From contig JASFQK010000013.1 in NCBI GenBank assembly GCA_050115495.1, positions 32,001-96,000 of the forward strand: a DNA stretch of 64,000 nucleotides. The letters are read 5' to 3'. A program made the position numbers and the translations under genes. Positions 47,901-57,379 of the stretch are shown in pieces; position 1 is the first letter of the stretch; every line of letters begins with the position of its first letter. Below the pieces are notes generated by a model, which was given only the letters and a program-made list of their open reading frames with translations, searched no databases and was not told where the DNA came from. The stretch is from Phycisphaerae bacterium. Lineage in GTDB: Bacteria; Planctomycetota; Phycisphaerae; UBA1845; Fen-1342.

Positions 47901-49916
47901 GGTCGCGAGGCGCAGGCGCTCCTCGCGGATACCTCACTGCCGGCGCCGGCCGGGGCCCGGCTGCGTCGTTTGATCAAGGACGCCACGACCCGCACGGTCA
48001 CGCGACGGCAGCAGATCGACATCGAGCTGCGCGACCTGACCGCCGAATTGGACCGTCACGGCCGACGGGCGCGCGACGTGCCCCGCCGGGCCGAGGCCAT
48101 TCGCGCCGACGCCCTGGCGACCGACGAGCAGCGGAAGGCCGCCGCCGAACTGGTCGCCCGTTTTGAGGCGATGCCGAAGCCGCGGCCGGTGCTGCCGCTG
48201 GTCGGCGTGGCGGCGGTCGTGCTGCTTGCCCTCGGTGGCGGAGCCTGGTTCCTGATGGGCAGCGGCGGCGGCAATGGGGGTGGTGGCGATGGCGGTGGGA
48301 ACTCGGGCGGCGGCAATAGTGGCGCTGTGGTGACTCCGGTGACGCCCACGCAGCCGCAGCCGGAGCCAGGACCAGAGCCCGTTGTGGAGACCCTACCCAC
48401 GGCGCTCGAGCGAGCGAACGAACATCCGCCAACTCTGCCGGCGCTGCCGCCGTTGGCGGACCTCGTCGCCGCCGACAGTGCCCCGCTGGCTGACTTGTTG
48501 CGGCTGGTGTTGACCGAGCAGGAGACCGCCGTCGCGTTTCGTAGCGACGCCCCGATCGAATGGTCAGAGGACCCGGCGGACGCATCTGTGGTCATCGCCG
48601 ACGTGCTGGCCGATACCGTCGCCGGCCCGCTCACGCTGGTCGTGACGGCGCGCTGTCCCGAAGAAGGCGACACGCCCACGGAGTGCAACGCGATACTGCC
48701 GGCCGATGAACTCGGCAAGATCGCCGACTGGCTGGCGTCTGAAGGGAGCGGTTTGACCGCGGTGTGGGAGCGGATCAGCGACGAGCAGCGGCAGCAGGTT
48801 CGCGGGCTGGTGGAGACGCTGGATGCGCAGCGCTGGTTCGCCGACGCACACGTGACGCTGCCGCAACCGGTCGTCGAGCCCGTCGTGGAACCGGTCGTTG
48901 CGCAGACGCCGCCGGCGGACCTGACCTTGACGCTGTTGCAGGCCGCCCAGACGAGCAGCCCTCCGCTGGCCGAGGTGTTGCAGACACTGCCGGCTGCGCG
49001 GGATGCGGCGTTGTCTCTGGACGTTGCGAACTGGGCCGCCGCCGCGGACGAGCCGACCCGCTATACGCAAACCGTTGACCTCGCCGCGCTCGCGGATGGC
49101 CTGACCGCAGGCGTGTACGCCCAGAACACCGCAGCAGCCGGCGAGCCCGCGACCTGGTCCGTCGGCCTGACCGATGAGGCCGTCGCGGCGCTGGCGGGCT
49201 GGGCTCGCGGCCGCGTCGAGCACGTGTTGCGCGAGCTTGGCAACGAAGGTGAGCTCGCCACGGCGTGGGACCGTCACGATGCCGTCGCGACGCAGCTTGC
49301 CACGCTCGGACAGACGCTCAACACCGACATGCTCCCGCCGGCCTGGGCGACGGCCCGCGCCGATCTTGGGCTTGCGGAGACCTGGGCCGACGGACCGCTC
49401 GACCCGCGGTTGGGCTATCCCGAGAGCCTGAAGAACGCCGAGACGCAGGCCGAGTTGCTGCTCGTCCGCGCGTATCCGACGAGCGAGATCTGGCAGCAAT
49501 TTTCGGGTCAGACGCCTCGCTGGTGGATCTTCTACGTCGACGCCCGCCCCGCCGGGCAGCCGGCGGAGACGTTCGCCGACGCGCGGGCCGCGGCCCGTGA
49601 GCAGTTCGGTCGCGGACTGCCCACGCACGACGAGTGGACGCTGGCTGCGCTGATGCTCGGCGGCGATGCAGCCACCGGCCTGCTCGGTGGCCGGTACGAG
49701 TGGAGCACGGGCGACGAAGGCGGGCCGGCCTGGGCGTGTGGCGGGCGCCCGGAAGATACCGGCGATCGCAGCCCCATCCCGGCGCCGCCCAGACCGCAGG
49801 CTTCCGTCGCCGAGCGACAAGCATGGCTCGCGAATCCGCTCGTCTCGCAACGCCGCGCGTACGGCGACGGCCTGGTCACGTACCGCACGGTGCTGCGTGT
49901 CTACGAGTCTCGTTAG
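44976..49916 (+). CDS. Large membrane protein: pseudokinase-like domain, helical repeat region, TM, degenerate FGE-like C-terminus
   Basis: VHGGIHNG, KVGDFG, SDQFALG, GTHPY; TM VLPLVGVAAVVLLALGGGAWF; LPTHDEW, GGRYEW. Confidence 0.8.
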   Translation: MGNPSLGSELFASGLADHRAVEIPAELDAAARTRFVTLIRTAVEKQAALAKQHPKILRVDPQIEADKHRVVIRHEPASPADAAAIVAAAPQADLTTLWWVTASLVPALAAGHEQMLVHGGIHNGVLFLDRSGCLKVGDFGIAPVYEVVCGGRERRRVACIIEPGGGAERGASSGRWALLTEDSRRPYGWIAPYFSHELLESEDLRLNPKSDQFALGTLLFLWATGTHPYGAALDDPSLNFYFHFEPFALEEERPEWADVFKKQRSGLTSATDRPLCAWADLVRRLLSSEPAERFANIKEAGETITEHVSDSWGRAVQAISAALVDLDAGQPEAFLTQVEPCAADDSLPAPWATRLAALVADVQAQKDVIIRRKELAALLHQAEETFASGDLEQTRRLAEEAAADPAADDGLRDRSAELLSACQEREEIIEQAVRAQADEVFNAARQALGTQDFNDARLCLNALVQDEATPEAIIQEARQFLDEIDRIEQDHRRRSAELDQVRRDLSGGELDAAEQRLSALRGEEGLSDEMAAAAGQLADEIASQRERLAASRAALDAAELAWEAADPAAMQEALAGVSADLCVTEIVERHQDLADRADALAATIAQRDTAERVLAEGNAAAAAAVLARALENATLPASLRQELTEAAEHTQEVLREQQQQAADNARDSLAQAESAFVAGDEGAARAIIEGVVLGAPHLPDELRKTAEKLQARCDRFRAATATLGEIADKLGQDELDAAAASLEQVDTAGLPETIETQAADLRQQLAEARRLFAERQRERLAGQIEDAGRRLATGDVSVEPVLREVAGSPHCDAELTNRVAALRAELEQAKAVTSTLAAAEAALARDDIQAAQTLLAKGGKVEGERLAALPAELPGWAIKRATQLRKRIAEAEAERRRKVLAAWRADLEAAEAALNAGDHAKAKPLLARTGSDLELDEALHARQEKLQALAAALAKCMPQIEALEQRLLQDDVHAVGREAQALLADTSLPAPAGARLRRLIKDATTRTVTRRQQIDIELRDLTAELDRHGRRARDVPRRAEAIRADALATDEQRKAAAELVARFEAMPKPRPVLPLVGVAAVVLLALGGGAWFLMGSGGGNGGGGDGGGNSGGGNSGAVVTPVTPTQPQPEPGPEPVVETLPTALERANEHPPTLPALPPLADLVAADSAPLADLLRLVLTEQETAVAFRSDAPIEWSEDPADASVVIADVLADTVAGPLTLVVTARCPEEGDTPTECNAILPADELGKIADWLASEGSGLTAVWERISDEQRQQVRGLVETLDAQRWFADAHVTLPQPVVEPVVEPVVAQTPPADLTLTLLQAAQTSSPPLAEVLQTLPAARDAALSLDVANWAAAADEPTRYTQTVDLAALADGLTAGVYAQNTAAAGEPATWSVGLTDEAVAALAGWARGRVEHVLRELGNEGELATAWDRHDAVATQLATLGQTLNTDMLPPAWATARADLGLAETWADGPLDPRLGYPESLKNAETQAELLLVRAYPTSEIWQQFSGQTPRWWIFYVDARPAGQPAETFADARAAAREQFGRGLPTHDEWTLAALMLGGDAATGLLGGRYEWSTGDEGGPAWACGGRPEDTGDRSPIPAPPRPQASVAERQAWLANPLVSQRRAYGDGLVTYRTVLRVYESR

Positions 49917-50009
49917 GCGACGCCCCGACCGCCGTTGGCCAGTCACCCGGCGGAGGGGTACGATGATGTTGTGGCACGCTCGGGGCGTGCGCTGATGGTG
50001 AGGTGTCCC

Positions 50010-50291
50010 ATGAAACGACGACTCACGCTGCTGCCGGTTGTGGCGGCGGCTCTATCCATCGCGGGGCTGCTGGTGGTGGCCGGGGGTTGCCATTCCGGTG
50101 GGCGTGCCGAGCGGCCGCCGGCGCGGCGGGCGCCCGCACGTCCTCACGGACACGCCGAATCGCTGGCCGGCCGCGATGCCGACCGGGCCCGGGCGGATCT
50201 CGACCGGCAGGAACGGGACTCTCGCACCCGCCCGCCGGCGGCACCGCCCGCGCACTCCGGCTCGCGCGCCGTGGACCAGCCGCGGCACTGA
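50010..50291 (+). CDS. Small putative lipoprotein
   Basis: MKRRLTLLPVVAAALSIAGLLVVAGGC; GAGGTG RBS. Confidence 0.55.
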   Translation: MKRRLTLLPVVAAALSIAGLLVVAGGCHSGGRAERPPARRAPARPHGHAESLAGRDADRARADLDRQERDSRTRPPAAPPAHSGSRAVDQPRH

Positions 50292-50309
50292 TCGACGTCG
50301 ACCGGCAGG

Positions 50310-52265
50310 TTGTGTGGAATGCCCCTGATCCAACGTCATTTGTCGTTCAGCGCCTTGTCGCCGAGCATCGTCGCGCCGTCTCCGCGCTGGTGTGCTGCGA
50401 TGCTCGTGCTGGCGGTGTCGATGCCGGCGGTGCTGGGCCAGGACCGCAGCGCCGATCGTCAGGCTCAAATCGACGCGCTCGATGCGCACGTGGCTCGGTT
50501 GGAGCCGCCGGCGACGCCCGAGGAACTCGTCGAGTTTTCCCGCCTGCTGTCCGAGCCCGAGGATCAGATCAACTGGCTGATCGCCCAGGTCACGCGCCTG
50601 GCCGAAAGCCGCCGGGCCGACGCCGTGAAGCTCCGCGACCTGACCGACCAACGCATCGACGCCTGGACCGCGCGCGGTGTCGCCAGCGTGGCCGCGCTGA
50701 AGGAAGCGCTTGCCGCCGCCTGTCCGGCGGAGCTACCGATCGCCGAGGTTCTCGATCCCGAGGAGCTCAAGGCGCGTCTGGTCGATCGTCTCAACGTCGC
50801 CGAACTGACCGATGCCGACAAGTTCCGGCTGCTGGCTCGCGGCGTGCCGTCGAGCAAGCTCGGCGTGCGCGGCACCGGGCGGGCCGGCACGTGGGATGTA
50901 CCGCGCGTGGTGTTGCAGCGTCTGGCGTCCGGGTCGGAGCACCGTTTGCCCGCGATGTGGGAATTGCTCGACCAGGACCGCAGTCTGCGTGAGGCCGCCA
51001 CGGCCACCGCAAATCAGACCGATCTGCCGCCACATGTCGCGGAGACTTTCGACATCGCCCGGGCATTGCTCGATCGGGCGATGGGGATCACGGACGGTCA
51101 GACGACGTCCGACACGTGGAAGACGCTGGCTGACACGCTCAGCGCGAATAGCGCCGACGCTGCCCTGTGGGAATGGGCCGCGGCAGCTCGACTCCTGCAA
51201 GCGGCGACGACACCGACGGCCGAAGCCCGCACGGCCGTGTTCGCCCAGGCCCGCGAGCACCTCGCGCCCGCCAGCACGGTGGCGGCCACGGTACCCAACG
51301 ACACCAGGTCGCTGGCGTCCGCGCTGGGTGCCTGGCTTGCCCGCGCCGACGAACCCACCTCGCCGCCGGCGGCCAGTGGCCTCCTGCCGCTACAGCTAGC
51401 CGCGCCCGCCGCCAATCAGACCCGCGCGGCGGCGGAAGCTGAACTCGCTCGTCTGTGGCCGCAGGCTCAGGCGGGCGACGAACGGGCGCTGAACAACGCG
51501 TTCGCCCAGATGCAGTACGCCAAGCTACGCGAGATCGGCTTGCCCGACGGGACGCCGTTGACCATCGCCGATGTACAGAAGCAGTTGTGCGAGCCTCATC
51601 ACGGAGCCGCCGTCCCCGGTGTGCACCTGTTCCTCGAAACGGTCGTCACGGCCAGCGGCGACTACTACGGTCTCGCGGTGCGCGCCGCGATCGGCTCGTT
51701 CTCGTCGCAGGACTCGTGGGAGGTGAAAGTCGTCGGCCCGGTACGATCGCGGTCAGAGCTGTTCGCGGCGGCACTGCCGGAGAAGGAGCGGCTCTCCAAG
51801 GGCCAGTTCGTCGTAGCTCCGGACGGACCGGGCCGCGTGGGCAAGGAGCTGGAGGACACCACCAGCCAGTTGGTAGCCTTCATCGAACCCTCGGACTCTG
51901 CCTTCGGTGACGAGGCGAACTGGCTGGTGTACGTACCTTCGGCGGCGGCGATGGCGGGAGACTCGCCGTGGACACTGGAGACGGCGCTGCGCCTCTGGTA
52001 TCGCACACTGCGCGCCCAGTCGTCCGCCGGCGCCGCGACGATGCTCGGTCGTCTGCCCCAGACGGGTGAGCCGGGGCATTGGCGTCTCGACTCACCGCTG
52101 CCCGACAAGCTGCTCTTCATGACGCTGGCTGTCGGCAGCGAGTACCCGACCAGTCTGCGATACACGCCCGACGGCAAGCAGTTTCGCCATCGCGTGATGA
52201 TCGGTCTCAAGGCCGGTGAGGTTCCTCCCAACGTGATCCTCCTCGGCGCTCGCCTGACGCCGTAG
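50310..52265 (+). CDS. Hypothetical secreted alanine-rich helical protein; start uncertain
   Basis: Long ORF with coding-like composition and signal-like N-terminus, in operon orientation. Confidence 0.7.
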   Translation: MCGMPLIQRHLSFSALSPSIVAPSPRWCAAMLVLAVSMPAVLGQDRSADRQAQIDALDAHVARLEPPATPEELVEFSRLLSEPEDQINWLIAQVTRLAESRRADAVKLRDLTDQRIDAWTARGVASVAALKEALAAACPAELPIAEVLDPEELKARLVDRLNVAELTDADKFRLLARGVPSSKLGVRGTGRAGTWDVPRVVLQRLASGSEHRLPAMWELLDQDRSLREAATATANQTDLPPHVAETFDIARALLDRAMGITDGQTTSDTWKTLADTLSANSADAALWEWAAAARLLQAATTPTAEARTAVFAQAREHLAPASTVAATVPNDTRSLASALGAWLARADEPTSPPAASGLLPLQLAAPAANQTRAAAEAELARLWPQAQAGDERALNNAFAQMQYAKLREIGLPDGTPLTIADVQKQLCEPHHGAAVPGVHLFLETVVTASGDYYGLAVRAAIGSFSSQDSWEVKVVGPVRSRSELFAAALPEKERLSKGQFVVAPDGPGRVGKELEDTTSQLVAFIEPSDSAFGDEANWLVYVPSAAAMAGDSPWTLETALRLWYRTLRAQSSAGAATMLGRLPQTGEPGHWRLDSPLPDKLLFMTLAVGSEYPTSLRYTPDGKQFRHRVMIGLKAGEVPPNVILLGARLTP

Positions 52266-52305
52266 GCAAAGCACTGGCGTCCCGCCGTGAAATCGGAGAA
52301 CCTCC

Positions 52306-53052
52306 GTGAGTGATCAGCCCGTTCGCGTCCTCGTCTGGGACGAGCATCCGCCGCACGCCTCGAAGAGCCTCTATCCGGACAGCATCAACGGCGCCGTCGC
52401 CGACGGTCTGCGCCAGCTCGGCGGCGAGCGGCTCGCCGTGCGGACGGCATCACTCGACGATCCGGAGCAGGGGGTCTCCGCCGAAGCGTTGGCCGCCGCG
52501 GATGTTCTCATTTGGTGGGGGCACATCCGCCACGCCGAAGTCACGGATGACGCCGCCGCCCGCGTGGCCGAGCGCGTGTGCGAGCACGGGCTGGGCTTCG
52601 TCGCCCTGCACTCCGCGCACTACTCGAAGCCGCTGCAACGCATCCTCGACTGCCCCGGCCACCTCAAGGGTGGCTGGCGCGAGGACGGGCAGCCCGAGGT
52701 CATTCGCGTCTGCGCCCCGCAGCATCCCATCGCCGCCGGCGTAAGCGATTTCACCCTCGCCGAGGAGGAAATGTACGGCGCCCCCTTCGCCGTCCCGCCG
52801 CCCGCGGTGGTTGTGCTGCAATCGTACTTCCCCGCCGGCGGCGAGTACTTTCCGTCGGGCATCGCCTGGACGGTCGGCCGCGGGATCGACCCAGACTTCA
52901 CGTCCGGTCCGGGGAAGGGCGTCGGCCAGGGCAGGGGCGTCGGGCGCGTCTTCTACTTCCGCCCCGGTCACGAGGCCAACCCCACGTTCCACGACCCCAA
53001 CGTCCGCCGCATTCTCCTCAACGCCGTCCTTTGGGCGGCGGGCCGGGACTGA
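52306..53052 (+). CDS. ThuA domain (trehalose utilisation-like) protein
   Basis: DVLIWWGH, GFVALHSAHYSK, EEMYG, GRVFYFRPGHE, NAVLWAA. Confidence 0.9.
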   Translation: MSDQPVRVLVWDEHPPHASKSLYPDSINGAVADGLRQLGGERLAVRTASLDDPEQGVSAEALAAADVLIWWGHIRHAEVTDDAAARVAERVCEHGLGFVALHSAHYSKPLQRILDCPGHLKGGWREDGQPEVIRVCAPQHPIAAGVSDFTLAEEEMYGAPFAVPPPAVVVLQSYFPAGGEYFPSGIAWTVGRGIDPDFTSGPGKGVGQGRGVGRVFYFRPGHEANPTFHDPNVRRILLNAVLWAAGRD

Positions 53053-53196
53053 GACGCTGCCGCATCCGCCCTGAGGTAGAATACGTGGAACGTGGCGCCG
53101 CGGCTTCGATCGGTGCCCCCGCCCGTCTTCCCTGCACCGCGCGATTGGTGCGCGCCCCAACCAGGACGAGAATTCGCCAACCATTAGCGTCGTGCT

Positions 53197-53937
53197 CTAC
53201 CAGTCTGTCTCGTCTGGTACATCCGCTGACAGATCGGCCAGATACTGACGCGCTTGGTCGACGCAGTCTTCGACGCCGCCGAAGAAGTTCCGCAGCGCGC
53301 GCATGGTCTTGACGAGCTGCTCCAAGTCGGTGCGCGGGATGGAGTTTTCCTGGGTTCGTCCGCGTTTGTCACGTCGATAGCGAAATGTTTGGGATCTCGG
53401 GTCGAACTGATGGAACTCGTTGATCAGCCGTTCCACTTGCTTGTCGGTGTCGTCAGTGGGGTCGGGTGGTTCGCCGAGCGCCGCGACCATCTGCCGCTTC
53501 GCCTCGTTCCAGAGCGGCATGAGGCCATGCTCCTTTTGTAGATCGACCTTGACATGGACGCAGTCCGAGTCGCCTATGATGGAGTGAGCATCCTCGATCA
53601 GGAACTTGAGCGACACCTCCAGGTAGTGGCGGTAGCAGTACAGCATAGGGAGATACACACCGCGAAACTCGCGTTCAGGCTGGATCTGCTTGAGGTCCTC
53701 CTGCTGGAGCAGGTCGAGGGCGAGATTCTCACCGCCCCGGAACCAACCATTGCGATAATCCAAGTCCCACAGCAGGTTGCGCACGTGGTCTCGGGACGGG
53801 TCTCCCGGGGACTGCCGGCAGGGCGGCGCATCTGCGGGTCTCTTTCGCCGCGGCTGTTTAGACGCAAAAGGCCTGTGTTTGCGGCTCGGCCAGTCGAAAT
53901 CGGCGGGGTCCATCATGTTCCACCTTCGGTCGATCAA
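53197..53937 (-). CDS. Hypothetical protein, HEPN-like helical family (tentative)
   Basis: PMLYCYRHYLEVSLK, HGLMPLW, FDPRSQTFRY; adjoins the antitoxin stop. Confidence 0.6.
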   Translation of the reverse strand: MIDRRWNMMDPADFDWPSRKHRPFASKQPRRKRPADAPPCRQSPGDPSRDHVRNLLWDLDYRNGWFRGGENLALDLLQQEDLKQIQPEREFRGVYLPMLYCYRHYLEVSLKFLIEDAHSIIGDSDCVHVKVDLQKEHGLMPLWNEAKRQMVAALGEPPDPTDDTDKQVERLINEFHQFDPRSQTFRYRRDKRGRTQENSIPRTDLEQLVKTMRALRNFFGGVEDCVDQARQYLADLSADVPDETDW

Positions 53938-54953
53938 TCATCGAGTGATAGGGACAAGCTGGCGGCATGCCGGTAGGAGATGAGGTTTTTCTCGGGAGTG
54001 TCTTTCCATGCAGGTTCCCGGTGCGATCGCTCGCTGATGGCCACCGAGCCGAGATCGTGGAACGTCTGCGCGACGTGCTCCAGAACAGCCCGTTCGTTCT
54101 CTGAGAACTCAACGTGGACATCCCAACTGGCCGGGCCCGCAAGTACCCTAACGTACTCGTATCCCTCGCTGAATGTGCCTTGTTCCACCTGGATGACGCC
54201 CTCGTCCTCGAGCGCCTCTTCGAGTGAGCCGTAGTCGACCGGAACGGGACCATAGGCGAGGCGGCGGTACGTCGTGCCAGTGAGTGACCGGCCGGTCTCC
54301 TTGTGGCACAGAAAATCCGCGTAGAACAGCAGCTTGTTGAGCTTCGTGCGCAACACTCCGCCGAGCTTGTGGCAGAACCACAGCACAGCAGCGGCATATC
54401 GCTCCTGGTCGAATGCCCTTCCACCGGTCACCTCGCTCGGGCCCAGGGGCTGAAACCGCGTGGCCGGCCGCAATTGCGCGCGCAGCTGAGACAGGGCGGC
54501 CTGTTCGGCTCGCTCTCGCTGCCAGTTGGAAAGCAAGTGCCCGCGTCGCTCCAGCAATGAGAGAATGGCGTCAGGCTTGTCGGCGAGACGAATCGTGTTG
54601 TCCTGAGTTTCTTCCTGCAGTCCGCCTTGTTCGTAGCGGTTGATTGTCGCCTCGCTCATCCCAAGCAGGGCAGCGAACGACTTCTGGCTCAACGCATAGC
54701 GGTCACGGATCTCACCGATCTCGTGCGGGAAAAGCAGCCCTTTCTGTCGTCGGTAGGCTGCGTAAGCCTCTCTCAGCAGACGCGCGTCCCGCTGTTCGTC
54801 GAACAGCTCTTCGCCACAGGTTGCGCACACCTCAACCTCGATCGGGAGTTCGACCTTGAGCCCCCGCACGTCGTAGGTATCAGTCTGTCGGCGAGCGACG
54901 AACTCGCGTTCGGTTTCGCAGCTCGGGCAGTAGTGCATCGCCATATCACTCAC
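53934..54953 (-). CDS. MqsA-like antitoxin (Zn finger + XRE HTH) fused to DUF4065/SocA-like (Panacea) domain
   Basis: CPSC...CATCGE; LSQKSFAALLGMSEATINRYEQG; TKLNKLLFYADF, YGPVP, ISERSH.E.AW. Confidence 0.88.
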   Translation of the reverse strand: MSDMAMHYCPSCETEREFVARRQTDTYDVRGLKVELPIEVEVCATCGEELFDEQRDARLLREAYAAYRRQKGLLFPHEIGEIRDRYALSQKSFAALLGMSEATINRYEQGGLQEETQDNTIRLADKPDAILSLLERRGHLLSNWQRERAEQAALSQLRAQLRPATRFQPLGPSEVTGGRAFDQERYAAAVLWFCHKLGGVLRTKLNKLLFYADFLCHKETGRSLTGTTYRRLAYGPVPVDYGSLEEALEDEGVIQVEQGTFSEGYEYVRVLAGPASWDVHVEFSENERAVLEHVAQTFHDLGSVAISERSHREPAWKDTPEKNLISYRHAASLSLSLDD

Positions 54954-55326
54954 CTCTCAGTGGATAGCGGAGCGCACGTTCAGCTCGGTGGAAGGACCAT
55001 ACCACTGCGCGACTAAGCTCCTTGTTCCTCGTGTCCGGCGCGAGACGCAACTTGATGTAGATTTCCTTGCCATCCAACTCGTAGCCGAAGATCCAGACAT
55101 CCCTCGACGGATCGTCATGCTCGGGTTCGGGGCCGGACGCGTAGTTTTCCACGCCCAGCTGAGCGAGGATTTCCTTTGCGCCATCGACCGAGAGCCCCAA
55201 ATCGACGAGCCCCTGGAGGTTTCTCTGCCGGTTCTTGAAATGAAACCAGCCGAATCCCATAGCCGTCTTGAACGACGTCAAGAACTCGACGACTTCCTGG
55301 CGCTTCCCATGGGCGCAACCCGTCAC
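54946..55326 (-). CDS. MqsR-like toxin (RelE fold)
   Basis: ENYASGPEP, VWIFG, EIYIKL, SFHRAE; upstream of and overlapping the antitoxin. Confidence 0.82.
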   Translation of the reverse strand: MTGCAHGKRQEVVEFLTSFKTAMGFGWFHFKNRQRNLQGLVDLGLSVDGAKEILAQLGVENYASGPEPEHDDPSRDVWIFGYELDGKEIYIKLRLAPDTRNKELSRAVVWSFHRAERALRYPLRGE

Positions 55327-55350
55327 TGGCTGGCTCCTTCCAGTCAGTAA

Positions 55351-55379
55351 ATACTATCATATGAAAGTGTTTTCGTCAA
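55351..55379 (-). promoter_or_regulatory. TA promoter TTGACG-N17-TAGTAT with near-palindrome ACTATCATATGAAAGT
   Basis: Palindrome at 55353-55368 overlaps the -10 and spacer. Confidence 0.7.
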
Positions 55380-55519
55380 GCCTTGCTCCCAGGCTCGCGC
55401 CAAGTGCTGATTATAGGACACTAACACGTCGTAATTAGGACCCTGGGCACCGCCTCTACCCACGGAGGTCGGGAGCGGGGACCATGCGAGCCGGCGGCAT
55501 ACCTGTTCGCGATTCGTGT

Positions 55520-55860
55520 CGTCAATGCACTCCGCGATGATCCGGAGCAAAGGGGCAACGATGTGGCCCCGGCTGCCGCCATCGTCGTTTGGTGGGGGCA
55601 CGTTTGCCATGCCGAAGTCACGGATGAAACCGCCGCCCGAGGTGGTTGCGCTGCAATCGTACTTCTCCGCCGGCGGCGAGTACTTTCCGCCGGGCGTGTC
55701 TTCTACTTCCGCCCCGGCCACGAGGCCAACCCTACGTTCCACGATCCCAACGTCCGCCGCATTCTCTTCAATGCCGTCCTTTGGGCGGCGGATCGGGACT
55801 AAGCGGCGCTGCCGAACCGGCTCTGCGGTAGAATGCGTGGAACGTGGCGCCGCGGCTTCG
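55520..55860 (+). pseudogene. Internally deleted degenerate copy of the ThuA gene and its 3' flank
   Basis: Blocks match about 52445-52564, 52795-52860 and 52938-53108. Confidence 0.85.
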
Positions 55861-55903
55861 CCCGGCGTCGATGTCACATCGTCACCGGGATGAGGTACGC
55901 ACC

Positions 55904-57346
55904 ATGCTCCGCCGCGACCTTCTCGCCCTCGCTCGTCTCGTTGCGGTTCTGACGATGGCTTGTCTGCTGGCCTGCCGGCCGGCGCCGCCTACGAACGGTG
56001 CCGAGCAAGCCGCCGAAGTGCCGGCGGACACAACCGCCAACGACACGGCCGGCGGCGACGAGGAAAGCCACAACGCCGTCACCGAGGTCACGCCCGGTCC
56101 GGACGTCGGCGGCACGCCGGGCGAACGCCTCCAGCCCACCGACCTTACGTACGAAGGCGCGTTCCGCCTGCCCGAGGACTTCAACTGGGGCGCCCGCGGG
56201 CTGTGCTTCTATCCCAACGGCGCCGGCGGCAACGGCTCGCTGCTCGTCACCGGCTTCGAGTTGCTGTTCGATCCCGCGCACCCGGGCGAGTCCTGCTACG
56301 ACCCGAACTGGGACTGCGGCGCCTACTGCGGCGAGGTGGCGATTCCCGCTCCGGCCCGGGCGGCCGACTGGCATGACCTGCCCGAAGCGACACTCCTGCG
56401 ACCGCTCACGCAGTTCGACGGCGATCTCGCCGCCACCGTGCACCGCGAGTACGTCCACGTCGAAGACCTCGCCTACGTCCCGCGCCGCGGCTCGCAGACG
56501 CAGGACAAGCTGTACGGTTCGCTCGTCGTCTGGTACGCCGAAGGCGCGTTTGGCGAAGACACATTCCCCACCGTGTGGCTGGCGAACCTCGACGGCACCG
56601 GCGCCCACGGCATGTTCCACATCGGCCCGCACGAGACGCCATTCCACGGCCGCAAGATGGGCGCGTACCTCTTCACGGTGCCCACGTGGTACGCGGACCA
56701 GTATCTCGGCGGGCGCACGCTCGTTACCGGACGTTGCCGCGGCACGCCAGCCGACGGCACCGAACCCGTGACGACTCGCGGCGGCTCGCAGGGGCCGACC
56801 TTGTTCGTGTTTCGCGCCTGCGACACCGACGATCCCACGGGCGACCTCGACGCGCTGCCCATGCTCTACTACCGCGTCAGCTTCCCCGGCTGTGCGGGTC
56901 CGAACGTCGGCGATCCGGCGAACTGCGACTACCCCGACTTCACCATGTGTGACGAATGGACCGGCGGGGCGTTCGTCGAGGGCACCGGTCGGCGGGCTAT
57001 CCTGCTGCTCGGCCACAAGGGCCTGGGCAACAACTGCTACGACGAGCCGCCCGTTAACTGCCACGATCCTTGCAGCGATGACCACGGCTACCACTGCCAG
57101 CCGTACGAGCGACAGGTCATCTTCTACGACGTGGATGCCCTCGGACAAACCGCCCTCGGCCAACACAACCCGTGGACCGTGCTACCTTACACGATCTGGC
57201 GGCCGACAGAGTTCTATCTCGGCCCGACGACCTGCTGGAACGCCGGCGGCATGGCCTTCGACCGCGAGAACCGGCGGCTGTTCATGGTGGAGCGTGGCCT
57301 GGACGATGACACCAACGCTGCCGTCGTGCACGTCTGGTCGCTGTAG
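55904..57346 (+). CDS. Cys-rich lipoprotein, unknown function
   Basis: LLAC lipobox; LTYEGAFRLP, GGMAFD beta-propeller-like motifs. Confidence 0.75.
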   Translation: MLRRDLLALARLVAVLTMACLLACRPAPPTNGAEQAAEVPADTTANDTAGGDEESHNAVTEVTPGPDVGGTPGERLQPTDLTYEGAFRLPEDFNWGARGLCFYPNGAGGNGSLLVTGFELLFDPAHPGESCYDPNWDCGAYCGEVAIPAPARAADWHDLPEATLLRPLTQFDGDLAATVHREYVHVEDLAYVPRRGSQTQDKLYGSLVVWYAEGAFGEDTFPTVWLANLDGTGAHGMFHIGPHETPFHGRKMGAYLFTVPTWYADQYLGGRTLVTGRCRGTPADGTEPVTTRGGSQGPTLFVFRACDTDDPTGDLDALPMLYYRVSFPGCAGPNVGDPANCDYPDFTMCDEWTGGAFVEGTGRRAILLLGHKGLGNNCYDEPPVNCHDPCSDDHGYHCQPYERQVIFYDVDALGQTALGQHNPWTVLPYTIWRPTEFYLGPTTCWNAGGMAFDRENRRLFMVERGLDDDTNAAVVHVWSL

Positions 57347-57379
57347 GCACCCGCGCCCCATCGCCGGGCAAGGAGACAC

